Shown piece by piece: positions 26,852-39,974 of a stretch of DNA of 64,000 nt. Positions within the stretch are counted from its first letter, which is position 1, and the number at the start of each line of letters is the position of its first letter. The notes below the pieces were generated by a model. It saw only the letters and a list, made by a program, of their open reading frames with translations. It ran no database searches and was not told the origin of the DNA. This stretch comes from Owenia fusiformis. Lineage: Eukaryota. The stretch lies in assembly GCA_903813345.2 (NCBI GenBank), contig CAIIXF020000001.1, forward strand, positions 19,034,001 through 19,098,000. Direction: 5' to 3'. The position numbers were made by a program, and so were the translations under genes.

Positions 26852-29089
26852 TTCTAAGAAGTAGTAACATTTTGTTATTGCCACCGTTTCCGAGTGTTAC
26901 ATTCACTTCAGCGGTTGTAACGCATTGTTACACATTCGACGGATTCTCAACCGCTCAATTGTCAATTACTTCATTGCAGTATTATAAATATTTTTCTCAA
27001 ATTTTTAAATTGATAGTTTCAAGTTTGTTAAAGTGGTACTTTGTCTTTTTACTATTTTCCAATATCCAATACCCGAAGAAACTTGAAACTTTAAATGGAG
27101 TAAGTAGGAACATGTAATATCAAACAGCTAGATCACTAAGATGGCATTCTGATACTCATAGCATCTTTCTGTTTCACCATCTCCAGGGTTGAGAAAAATT
27201 GAGATGCCAAGGTTTATCATGATGCTAAGATGGCTATATGGTTGGGATTGTCTTCTCGAACGAAGGGTTTGATTGTGGTTGATTGTGTTTCATTAAACTT
27301 GTAATTATCTGAATGTGATATATCAAATGCTTAGTTGTTTTCATTTCCTTGGAATACTCAAAACCTCTAGAACCAATAAGAAATAAATCATTAGGTCACA
27401 CTGACTTAATAGAAGTGAAATATCGACAATCTAGTTTAGAGCGATTGATAATGTTAACAGTACGGGGTTAATGGGAGTTCCAATGGAGCCTTGGGTTTAA
27501 TTCCACAAAGACATCTTTGTTTAGTAGATCAATACTTAATCTGTATCATGTTGGTTGCTATGGTAACAACATCAGAAGCGTGTATTGAAACGACTGTTGA
27601 AGATTTAGTGGATGGCTATACATCCACTGCGATTATCCAGAGACGACCTGTTGAGCTTTGAAAACATGATTCATTGGAAAGTGATAATATGCAATGCCTG
27701 AGGGTTCTGCTAAAGTTATTAACGGCCATCAGGGTCGTACTATTTGGCACACTTGCTCTTCTGGCAATAACTTGTAGAATTTGGGAACATTGATTTTCCC
27801 AGTCCTTCTTTGCTGCAATTCCATGCATACAAGGTGGGCCAGAAAACTTCCACTTTTTATGTCACCACTAGAAGTGGTGACATATTGTTAGTCTCCCAAC
27901 CTTTTGTGAATGGTGTTGTGTCCGTGCATGTAATGGCTTATTTATTTTGCAATAATTTTTTTACTAAGTCATGTATTAGAAAATATGTTTTTATGAGCAC
28001 ATTAGGGGGATTATTGAAAATTCCTCAAGGTAACTTAGACTCATATTTACAGTATTTGTTATACTTAAAAGTATTTAAAGAATTAGGTATCTTGAACAGT
28101 CTCTCATAGAGGCACAATATGCATTGTTCTTACTCTTAGTTCTTACGATATTGCAGTTGTTTATCTGTTCAAAACTGGAATGTTGGGAATGTATTGAATG
28201 AACTGGTTGAACAACAGGCAAAATGGATATGGTTCCCAAAAAAACTTTATGTACCAGGTACAAGCTTAAGTCCAAACATTAAAATGCAAGTTTTTTGCTC
28301 AGTTTGGGAGCTTTTATTTATGATCTTTCCCACAAATGAAATATCTAACTAAAGTTTAATCCATTGTTAGATTTCCCATAGTCATCCTTTTCTTCAGAGC
28401 TGTATCATTTTTTCTTCATCACTATTTTTGTCATCACTTTTTCTGATTAGTTTCAAAATATTGAGCAGTGAGCACCCTGACCATAAATCTCTGGGACATA
28501 ATTTATAAGACTCAACCGACTTATAATTTAAGGCATCACCAAAATCACTGTAAAATTGTTCCATAATCATGTCACGGAAAATTTGCACTTAATGAAACTT
28601 TTGCCACATTTTATATACTGGGTCTTAGATTTTTAAGGATTAATGGGCTTAATGAAGTGAGGACGATTTTAAGCACAAATGTCAAATGACTTTGGTCGAG
28701 GGCAGGAGCCAAAATTCAAAGGTTAGGATACAAGAAATTGCAAATGATTTTGTACTGGATCACTAAAAAGAAAAAGAATGAAATTCAACCAGAAATTTTT
28801 GCAAGTGTTTTGCAATGTTTGAGCATTTGTGAGAATAAAATTTTCCTCAATAAAATGAGGCCGAGAAATTCATTTTAAGGGATATGACCAGAACCAAATA
28901 ATTTTTACATCAAGTCTCTGCACCCCTCCTCTAGAACACTCACCTCCACAGTAAAGTATATTGGACAAATGTTGGAAGGGGAGGGACCAGAGCCTTAGTG
29001 GAACACTTAAGTTTCAGTTTCATCTCAGTAATAATTGGGATGCTTGTAGATTTGATCATATTTTGATGCAATCTCTAAACTAGGTCGTA

Positions 29090-29153
29090 ATTCTCTCAAC
29101 AACACACCACAACAGAAAGCATAAATAATGTTTCAGATATGCATTTATTTATT
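29090..29153 (-). terminator. Candidate distal polyadenylation site of dvl
   Basis: Minus-strand AATAAATAAA (AATAAA at 29144-29149) followed about 30 nt later by a GT-rich element tctgttgtggtgtgttgttg. Confidence 0.45.
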
Positions 29154-32100
29154 TACTCTGTAAGACAAGATATTTTCTTATCTTTACTATGTCTCTATCT
29201 ACTTATGTGATATCTTTATACACAACTTTATACACAATATTTTAAAATACAAAATACACACCTTCAACAATTAATGGTTTTGACTTTTGACTTTGAGTTG
29301 TTTCAATAATATACATTATAAATATGGCAATTAATTAGTATAGTACATATTTATAATAAAAACCTTGTTAAGATGTACATACATGTAGTTAAATAGTTTG
29401 AAGATCATTTCCTCATTAAATATATATCTTGTAAATACTAAATAGAGTTCCTTGGATGAGTTACTGGAAAATGTCTTTACTTCTCAGTGCATTGGACAAC
29501 ACTGTAAACCTAGAAAATTACAGGCAATTAAATTTTGCAAATTTGCTCCGATTTGCAATTATGCATGTTGGCTAGACTTTTTCACATTTTCTGGACAATT
29601 TGGTAATACAGTTACAGGCTAGACTAAAAGATTGAATCCAATTGTCAAATCGAAGCCCTGTCTATATAAGCGTAATATCATACCAAAAATATCTAGGTTT
29701 CCAGTTCATTTTTTGTCCAGTTAATGCGATGAAGATCATTTCCTTACAAAAACAGAACACTGTATTTGTACCAAAATATTGTTACAATTACTGTACCATG
29801 AGATAATGTCTGCTTCCATATATCCAATATGATTAAAAAAAATCTTGTATGAACTCTTCAACTAAAATCATAAAATATTTTCATAAAGGAACTCCTTTAT
29901 GGTTTGTGTACTTGTCAGTACTACTTACAAATCTTATATTTTCGTAATTTGAATTGATATTTAAAGTCCTGAACACTCATTCTTGCACTGAACATGGGCC
30001 TAGCTAGGTTTGAGGTAGGTAAGGCTATTGCCAAACCAGAAGTTTAATAAAAAAAATGGTTTTGACATTTTAGCAACAGTGGCTTTGAAAATGATGTGTC
30101 ATAGCAATAATATATCCTCTTTGGGTAAAGTCCTGTCTCAGCTTTTTAAATGTAAATCACCTATTTTTGGAATATGTCTATGCCCCTGCTGACTTTGCAA
30201 GATCTTTTAACTCTGTTGATAACTTCCATATTTTTATGTCATTGATTTTAGTGATAAAGAGGAAGCAAGTGATCATTAATTGTTAATGGCAGGTTAAGTT
30301 AATTACAATAAGGCAGTCATAATTGTTCAGAGATAAAAATTATAATTTGAATAAATTGGTTTGCTCAAGATTTAATCAAAGAGAATGAATCAAAAGAAAA
30401 CTAAAATAAGCTAAATAAAGATAAATTAACTTAAGAACAATGCACAGTGAAAACTTCTATTTAATGAGATGGTGTAGTGTGCAGTTTAATGTCTGAGAAG
30501 ATTGTGCTTATATTGCATCTGATGCTCAATGATCACGTTGATCCTGGTGGGAGTCATCTTCACTTGATCTCGATCCACCAGGGAGACTTCATTGTGTCAT
30601 TTCCATATGGCGTCTGCTTCTGGGAGGCTCCATTGTTTCCATTTCATTCTCCAAACACTGTTGAAGACCAGAAAAAATAAATATAAAATTTCTGTTCGCA
30701 AATGATATCCTGAATGAAATTTCACAAAAGGACCCATTCTCCATGCAGCATTCTTGAATCACGGAAGTATAGAACTAGTTACGAACCCCTTTACCTGGGG
30801 ATGCCATGCAAGGGAGTGTGCATGACTGTTCCCAAACCAACAGCATGCAATAACAGTATAAACTTTGAATGAAACTTGTGCATGTTATTATTTTGTTTGT
30901 GTAGTCACCTATAGTGTTCTCCCCATGATTCTCAACTGGGTGATCTTCTCATCTGTTATCTACTGCAAAATTATTTTCTCATTTCAAATTGGTGCTGCAC
31001 CTGGTTGACTGACCACTCGGGAGATCACTGCATTGGTAGTGAGGGTTTATTGGTTCATTGACGGCAATAGCAGGCCACCTCTCTGATGCATTCAATTGCA
31101 ACAACATGACAATCAGTCGTTGAATCTAAACCTCATTACATTTGAGAGAAGTGCCCCCTACCCCAGTGCAACATACAGGTGTATTAACAGAGTCCAGAAC
31201 AAACAATACATTGTCTATATAAACAAGTGATGAAGCACTGATTAATTAATGTGATGTGATGCAAAACAAAAACTCAAAATTAAATGAATTCATCCCAGAT
31301 CTTCTCATAGATTCTCACAGCTCAGTCCAAATTAATATGCACAACTTCAATGCTTTTGATTTTATTAACTAGAATGTATTTTCAACAATCCATCAAACTC
31401 TGGGATTTCGCTTTGCATTGCAAAAACATGGTGCTTAATATAAATGGTGCTTAAAAAGTGCACATAACTACATTATCTATGTACGCATCTTGCATTACAA
31501 GCCTATAACATACCAGGCTTTAAAAATTAATCACATTGTGGATTAGTATCATAGGAGGCGTTAATACTAAAACTGGTGAATAACAAACAAATGTGACTAC
31601 AGAAAGTGCTTGTGCAATATAAATTCTCAATAAAATACATCCTTTCAGCCTAACCTATTTACAAGGTGCATCATAATCAAGGAAACATGGATGGTACCAA
31701 GGGAAAAGGTGGTCAACAAATATGTTAAATAAAGCACATATACGAGGATTGTCCCAAAAGTATGAAACGCATTTGAATCATTTGTTGAAGGCAGCAGAGC
31801 AGTATTTCAAGAGTAGGAGTTCTGATTGAATAGGCTAAAACAGACATGCTATTAAGCCTCCTAAATTGAAAAATGAGTTTAATTCTGACATTTATGTTCC
31901 CTTAGGTAACATCACAAGTTTCATTAATTATTGAACACCTTGTATAATCCTAGGATTTTCAAGTGCAGGTATAAAATCTTAGTATACTATGTTAATTTAA
32001 TTAATAAAATAATAAAAAGATGTGCCAGAGATACACTGATACAGGGTGTACTGAATTGGATCTTAAAATTAACAAGTAGTGAAATTTTTAAATATTTGTT

Positions 32101-32864
32101 CATTTCTGTATGTGACTCAAATGCAATGTTTTGATACCATGTCTTTCACAAACGTTACAATAGTCAAATCATAAAAACTAATTGAATTCCATCAATTACA
32201 GGCTTTCAAATATGGAACAAAACTGTGCATTGTGACATTTACAAGACCTCTTGATAAGGATGAAAAGTTTTCTGCCATTTGATATATTTCCCCGTAAATT
32301 GACTGCTATCCCAAGGGTGGTGTAAACTAGATGTGATACAAAACTGTACAAGCGATAAAAGTGGCAGAATGAAAGCATTTTCTCATAAATCCCGCCTGTT
32401 CACACAAAAGTTCAAAAATAATCCTTACAGATTGTATACAAATCTATAGACAATCACCATGATATCTTGTAATGTAAGGCAAAAATCCCAAAAAGTTCAA
32501 GCAATGGGAAATTATCAACTTAACAAAATAAGAAATTTATGATTAATAACTTGATCACTAAAACAACTATAGCAAGGTGTTGTAATGCATTAGCATTTCA
32601 CGAGATTAAATGGCACAAATGGATACTGTATCAATATTTAATCTCCATTACCATGAAAGCATTACTAAGTGAAAATAGATCACATTAACAGTGTTTCAAT
32701 TCCGTTATTGGGAGTACCATATACAAATGTACATATATGAACAAATTGTTCATATTTCCTCATACTTAGATTGTCATTTAATGGAGAAAATAATAATCTG
32801 GCATCAAGTAGTTCTTTCAACACCATGTCTTATTGTACAAGTAACAGGCAGTAACAATTCTTGC

Positions 32865-33190
32865 ATCAAGTCCCTAAAATCACACCTCCTTCACCCTTAC
32901 AAGTCTTGAATATCACTCCTCCTTTTCCCCCATAAGTCCCTAATATAGCCCTCCTTTTCCTCATAAGTCCCTAATATAGCCCTCCTTCTCCCCAGAAGTC
33001 CCTAATATAGCTCTCCTTCTCCCCAGAAGTCTCAACTGTCCTCCTTTATCACTCAAGTCCCTAATATTATCCTTTTTTTCTCCCAAAGTCCCAAATATTG
33101 CCTTCGATTTCCCTAATATTGGCATTCCTTTGTGTTCTGGAGAAGGGGGTGTAAATGGAGAAATATAACAGGACATAAGGACTTGATACA
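32865..33190. repeat. About 30-31-bp tandem repeat (aagtccctaatatagccctccttttccccat-like, about 8 units) inside short inverted ends
   Basis: Units visible at 32868-33120; atcaagtcc(c)t at the left end and aggacttgat at the right end. Confidence 0.75.
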
Positions 33191-35954
33191 AGAAAAGTAA
33201 GTCACCTGAATTTTATTTAAATCATAACTATTACATGAGAACATCACATGTACAGACGGCCAGAATTAGGGTGAGAAAGAATGTAGTTTGTTCAACTTAT
33301 ACTCTATACTCTATGTTAAGGTTATTTATTCAGATATTGTGTAAAATGAAGTCAAGATGAAATTCATTTTATGGTTGAGCATACATTGATAGTTTGATGC
33401 AATCGTTAACAATACATGCACGCAGCAGCTTGTGTCTCATTAAATAACACTTACTTTTTTGATATAGCAAAAGGGTGCAGGGACAATTCAACACAAACTT
33501 ATTTACTGGGATAGACAATATAAGTGTTTGTATTGTATACTGACCATTATATGTCAATACCATAGGCATTCTAAATGTATACAGACCATGTAACATCCCA
33601 CAACTAAGTTTGTGTTAATTGTAATGTACATACATAAAATTGTGCATTGATTACTCAATGATTTTGATGCTTATTCTAGATAGGACATGTGTTTTGAAGC
33701 ATTGCATAGTACTTATAATATCCAATTTGTTCAAATATTTAGCACTTTTTGTTACGCTTGGGTGACATTTCAGGATAATATGCAAAGCAGGAGTATTTAG
33801 TTTACTAACCAGACTTGTGTTTTATTAAAGGAATAGAGACTGTGATTCTATGAATTCTGGCATGATATATGACCACTGATTTTTCTTTCTAACATTGTTA
33901 AAAGTCCAAAATCATGAGGCAATAACTGATGTCTTTGGTAATGGGTTGAGTTTAGTGAAATGTCATATATTTTACTTTAATCATAGAATCAAGCTTTGTT
34001 CCAATTCTAATATGAAGATGACAAAAAAAGTTAACATCTATTTCACAATTCATTTTCAATTAAGGCCATTACCTAATTAGAAATAATACAGGGTGTCCAT
34101 ATTCTCTATACTTAACACAGACTGTATTGGAATTGTAAAGAGGCTTTATGGGCACGCTGTATGTTCATATTCCAGTAATTCAAATGTTTGCTTAATATTT
34201 AAATGTCAGTCATACATCATATTAGAATTCCTATTCAGAAGTGTTTTTACAAATCATGTATCCAGTAGGTGTCTACATTCAGTATTTCACCAAGGTAATT
34301 AAATGAGTCTAACATCTTCAATGTGTGGCCATTTTGAGATTTATGCAAACAAGAACCAGTGACATCAAATACCCACACCATTTTTTCATGCAGTATTAGA
34401 ATAACATATAACACAAGATAGCTGTGGTATGGTATTGATATTATTCTGTATTAAACTGACTAGCGACAGCTACACTTAATGATCAAATCTCCCCATGCTG
34501 GTTAGATTAATCACAATACAAAAACGAGTCCATCAATTTCCAATTCTCAACTCAACTCCAGACATGACTAATCAATCAGATTTCATCAATTAATCAATCA
34601 ACAAATAAGTCCGACTGACATTGTTTCATTGTCAGATTGTCATAATAAAGTTCATGATCAATTGTCTATTATGTGTTTTAGGTTGCTTCCATTAAACTCT
34701 CAAATGACACGAAGACTATATTTTCCCGTTGAATTAAGTGTCCTACTTTATCCTCATAGTTGCACAGCTAAAAGAACAGACATTCAATTATTGAAAACTG
34801 ATTAACGAGACTGATATCTATCAATAAGGATAAAAGAATTTAGGAAACATTTGAAAAATGATTAAAGGGGTTCCATCTAAGTCTACATGTAAAGGTCAAC
34901 TGATGCTACCATCTAGTAAAGATTATGTACAGTTTTAAAGATTGGTTCATGATAGGAAAGTAAAAAAAACATCTACAAGATATTATGACTATTTTTATAT
35001 TATATTTAATTCTGAGAATTATTATTTATTATGATTTTTAGTAGGATTACATTTTGAAGTACATACTACTAAATAAAACATGATGCACGCTAAGCATTAG
35101 TGAATTACATTACATGTAGCAAGCAGGTTCTGGGTGAACGCTGAATCATTCCAACAAAAATAAATAATGATTTTCTTAATGAACAAAGGTTGTTTGTAAA
35201 AAATTGAAACTGATCAAATAATTATTGCACTTTCTATTAAAATGATTCATGATTAACATGCAATTTTCTAGCTAGTGATACTATTTACAGGGTGACCAAA
35301 TCACATGCTTAACTTTTTTGCCCACTCTGTAGTTACACTACATTCAGAATATCTCACAGACTCTTTCAAATCAATTGCCATACAGATACATATACAAAAT
35401 ACTATGTCAACCATAGCAGATCCAAGATGATAACCATACCTTATATTTCAAAGTTCATATAGAGTCTAGTTTGGTAAAAATTGCTTTGATGGAACTTTGA
35501 ATAAATCATAAAATCCAAAAAATAATTTGCTGCTCAATCAAATAATATTCAATAGTATGAATGTTATACGATGAAATGAACCTAAGGTTTATGCGTATAT
35601 ACTACCAAGAGCATGTTTAAGCTCCAAGTGGCCCACTGTTAAATTTCGAATAGGAAATTGCAATTATATTGCAATGGCAGTATGTGTTATATCATCTATA
35701 TGGCAAAGTATACAACCCATGTTAAAATATCACAATGGTCCACTCATTTTCATCAAAATACTGATTTTCAGTTTACTTCTATAAAATGAAGAGTGACAAC
35801 TATTCTCAATACACAAGCTGTAAAGCTACTATTTGACACAATTTCATATTTGGAATTTTTTCGACCATTATAACATTTTCTACATGGGCAGAGAGTAGAT
35901 AGGATAGGGATAGTGAACCTAATGACAAATTATCTATTTGGTATATAAGTACAG

Positions 35955-36075
35955 TACAGTAAAACCTGGGTGTGTGAACTCAAAACATAAAACCTTATAA
36001 TGTGAACCAAAAGGTGTTCAATGATAACATTCTGAACCTGTTTAGTGGTGTTCACTTGAAACAGAGTTTACTGTA
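35955..36075. mobile_element. Tigger/pogo-like MITE in the putative dvl 3'UTR
   Basis: TA-CAGTAAAACC...GTTTACTG-TA. Confidence 0.55.
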
Positions 36076-36495
36076 TTATATTATATTACTATGTACTACA
36101 TGAACATCATAAGTGAATATCTATTATCTAACCATATTTTTACAAACAAAAATACATAGGAAATTGAAATTGACTAAAATTGTTATGAAATCAACATATT
36201 AAATAATAAAAAGAATTACAACTTCATGCAGCTTGTTTGAAATAAAATCATATCTGATATTTTTTGTACAACTAAAAATAATTTTGCACTAACTGGTGCA
36301 CAAATTGAGATAGAACATCATTCATTTTCAGAAGTCCAGAGAGATTATACATAATGATTTGGACTGTTTCAATGAAACGATTTCTATTTCATGAAATCAA
36401 TAAAACCCAGCAAGGCGGTACTATTCTATATACACTATGTACAGAGACATCTATAAAAACTCAAACAGAACTTAAATGGGATCTAAATAGGGAGA

Positions 36496-36782
36496 TCACA
36501 TGACGTCGACAAAGTACAACTCACAGGGGTTTCCCATCGCCATGCGGAATGATTGGCGGCTTCCACTGACGTCTGGACTGACTTGAGCTAAGTCTCTCGG
36601 GGGAGGAATTGGTTTAGCTGCTGGATCTGGTTTTGTTGGTAAAACAGAAGGATTGGGATTTATGGGTGTGACTCGGCGCATACTCGCCAGAGAAGCTGTG
36701 TCTGTGTCACTACCGCTCCCACTAGCTGACTTGCGATCCAGATTGTTCTTTTTACTGCGACTACTACCAGAAGTGCTGCTAC
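36496..36782 (-). CDS. dvl: Dishevelled, last coding exon (C-terminal domain, ends [35 protein letters not shown])
   Basis: Acceptor ttacag|GT AGC; hallmark Dvl C-terminus SRQSFxMAMGNP..FVDVM; TGA at 36496-36498. Confidence 0.95.
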
Positions 36783-38151
36783 CTGTAAGCAAACATACAA
36801 TATTAAGTTAAGAAAACAAATATCGCCATAACGATAACATCTTTTAAATAGTGGATTTCCGAAAAATAAATTATCTTGATACTTAATTATCAAACATAAA
36901 TTGAAATTAATCTTGTCTAAATTTGCTTTCATTTAGAAGTATTAATCAATATCAAATTTTAGCTATTGATTATCAAAATGTGTCTCAAGATAATCACCCT
37001 CCCGGCCTAAAAACACATGCAGCAATTTTTGACAATGACTTTCCTCTTTTGTTTCTCAATTTTACTCTTAAATTCCATTTACATTTGGTAGAACAGAGAG
37101 GGCATCAAACCATGCAATTGTTAGTTTAACAAATGTCCCACTTCCTAGCAAAATGCAACATTGCAATAGTAGTACAATGGTGATCATTTTCATTTCTCAA
37201 TCATGCATTCACAATATATCATTTTCCGTATTTTTCTACAATTATACACAAAAAGACTTCATTTTTACTGAACACCTAGTTTTGTTAGTTTGATCGATAA
37301 TAGTGTCAGGGCCATGCATACAATACTGCTCTCAATAAATAGATCATCTTTCAAATCATTTTCATTTTCAAATACATACGAGTATAAATATTTAGCCTTT
37401 GAAATAGGCATGCAATTCATTTCCATCAATTACAATGTACATTTCATAATCATTGTTGCCACATTTAATCACTGATATTATACATCAATCTTTTTGAAAA
37501 CTGGAAAAACATAAAAGTGATTGGTTGATACGAGCGTTGTGATACAATATTACGAAGCCAACTAAAACATAAAAACACACACCACTCGGGCAACATAAAA
37601 TGGAAGCCATACCCGACAAATATGCATCTCAAGTTTCTCTGGGTTATATATGGCCAAAATTTGAACATTTATTAGACAGATGAGGTGTCAGAAAGCATGA
37701 AAACAGAAATTATCATCAATTTTCTGAACATATGGTATAAAGGGACTATATTATCAATGTAGAGGGAGTATTAGAATATATCTCACAATGCCTGGAAAAT
37801 GCAGGACAGAACAAGATCGTGTTTAAGACCCTTTAAAACATGCAAGTGGAGAGGGTTTTGTTTTATTTTATCAGGTTTTGTCTGTATTGAGCAAGTAGGG
37901 AATTTTCCATAGGAGGACTTAAGGATTTTAATATTACAAACTCAGGATATTTTATGGTTTCTCAATATCAAATTTGAGAGCATGCCAACTAACACACATT
38001 TTCAAATATCACAATTGTTCAATTTCAATTTCACAAAAAAAAAATATCATGAGTTTTGCGATAGAGGGGTACTGGTAGAGATGCATATCTGGGTTCGCCG
38101 AATGCTCTAAGGTTCCTGGACTATTGAAACTGTAGTTAGGTATACGTCTAC

Positions 38152-38367
38152 CTGACGATGAACCTCCAACTTCCTGTTCACTAGCTGCTCCATCATTATT
38201 ATTCAACTCAAGTTCTGGATCATCTGTAGATTCATTTTCACTGGTTTTGTGATCTGTCTGGATATTGGGAGGTGGGGGTAGCGCTGGGGGTGGCGCTTTG
38301 GGCTTGGGCTTGATGTTGAGGGGGAGGCAACGGCACACCCCACCATGGGCTGTTGTCATAGTTGTCA
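38152..38367 (-). CDS. dvl: Dishevelled, candidate cassette exon (216 nt, phase 1-1; Pro-rich then acidic)
   Basis: Pyrimidine tract then acacag|TG ACA ACT...TCA TCG TCA G|gtagac; open in the Dvl frame: TTMTTAHGGVCRCLPLNIKPKPKAPPPALPPPPNIQ...VGGSSS. Confidence 0.6.
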
Positions 38368-39740
38368 CTGTGTGTGATGATATGGTGTCAGGGAATGGAG
38401 GAGGGACAAAAACAAACCAGACAAGAGTTACTACATGGTGTCAGTATCATTACATGTAAAACTCATTCAATCCAATCCAACAAGACAAATCTTACATCAA
38501 CAGGAAATGTTAACATAGAATTACATATGAAACATCCTGAACAGGAGCAATCAAAAATTAATCTTAAATTAAAGTAACATTTATATGCGGCTTTTAATTC
38601 AGTTTAAGGATCCTTTACATAACCATATTAGTAACAAAAAGTAACACAATCATCATTTTCATTGTGCACAATTCATTTTGATCACTTTTACAACTCATTA
38701 TGATAAATGCATGATTGAGAAATGAATGCAGGTTAGACTGGTTACATTCATAATTTCAGACACCGCTTCAACATAACAAAAATTAAAGGGCTAATAGCTG
38801 TTATTCTCATTCTAAATAACCATCTAATTTAATTCATTAAGATAGGTCACTTTCATAATCAATAGATTTTGATACAGACCTTTGTTTCTGTAATAATTGT
38901 AGCTTAAAAACTATCCATGTAGAAAATGCCTTGTTGAAATTGAAAAAGTGTACATTTTTTTTAATTTGTAATCTATCATACTGCTTTCAAGGTGAGGACT
39001 TTTTATCAAATGTTGTTATTTTCCGTGGAAAGTTCATATTGAAATCTATTAATTACATACATGTACTGTGTTACTTATCTTTATGAATTAAATATATTTC
39101 AGGGTTACTGAGGATGAGAATTACAGGATTAGGGCCTTTAATATTCAAATAAAAAAACTGCTTTGTGTGATTGTGCAACACTACTACATATATGTGTCTT
39201 GTCTCAAAAAGCAAATTGCATTTATATCCATGTAAATTGAATGTTATGGGTAGATATTTTTTGTTTATTTGAAACAAGACTATCTATGATAATTTCACAA
39301 TCTAAATAATACCAAATAAAAATAACTACTGTGCTAGTGCCTGTATCACAAAATAAACTGAAAGTGCATTGCATATGAAATTCCCTGCTCTGAAGCCCTA
39401 TTTTTATATCCATTTAGACCCCTTAGTACTCATTTGTGATACAATATTGCCCTGTCGGAAAATTTAGATGTACTAGTATTAATATGAAGCTTCTACACCC
39501 TCGATGACACATGAATATAGAATGAAGATACAAATGAATCAAACACTGAAATAATGAACGTCATAAGGAAACATGAAGACTTTAGGACACACATAAAGAA
39601 CAAAGGGCAAAGATGCGACTTAAATAATCAAACAGAGGTAGAGGGTTAAGAAATTAATTAACATAGAGGCATAATTAGAGTAGAAGGGTTTGTGGTGTCG
39701 TAGAGGGGTTCATGTGTAAAATGACAAAATTTCTACAAAC

Positions 39741-39974
39741 CAGTGCTACTACTCGTGCTGCGGTCTATATCAAATTCATCAGGGAGATCAGATTTAGAAT
39801 CGGCAAGAAAACCACTCTCCTTGGCCGCTTTTTTGGCTAGTTTTTCCTTTTGTTCTTGATTTAGCGCATTCTCTTTGTCCTTATTGACCCAGAGTTTGCG
39901 TAGATGTTTATACGTGTGATTTACAACATTACAGGCACATGCCGCATTATTATGTGAGGTGGCGTGAGTCAGGG
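39741..39974 (-). CDS. dvl: Dishevelled, candidate cassette exon (234 nt, phase 1-1)
   Basis: gtttgtcttgtag|CC CTG ACT CAC...AGT AGC ACT G|gtttgt; open in frame: LTHATSHNNAACACNVVNHTYKHLRKLWVNKDKENALNQEQKEKLAKKAAKESGFLADSKSDLPDEFDIDRSTSSST. Missed by the ORF track. Confidence 0.6.

Noticed and set aside
27200-28720. Coding-like decayed region, possibly a LINE remnant
   Set aside because: Short broken frames with no reverse transcriptase or endonuclease motif that I can identify with confidence.
32961-33191. 76-aa ORF with repeated ILGTSGEK-like motifs
   Set aside because: Translation of the 30-bp tandem repeat.
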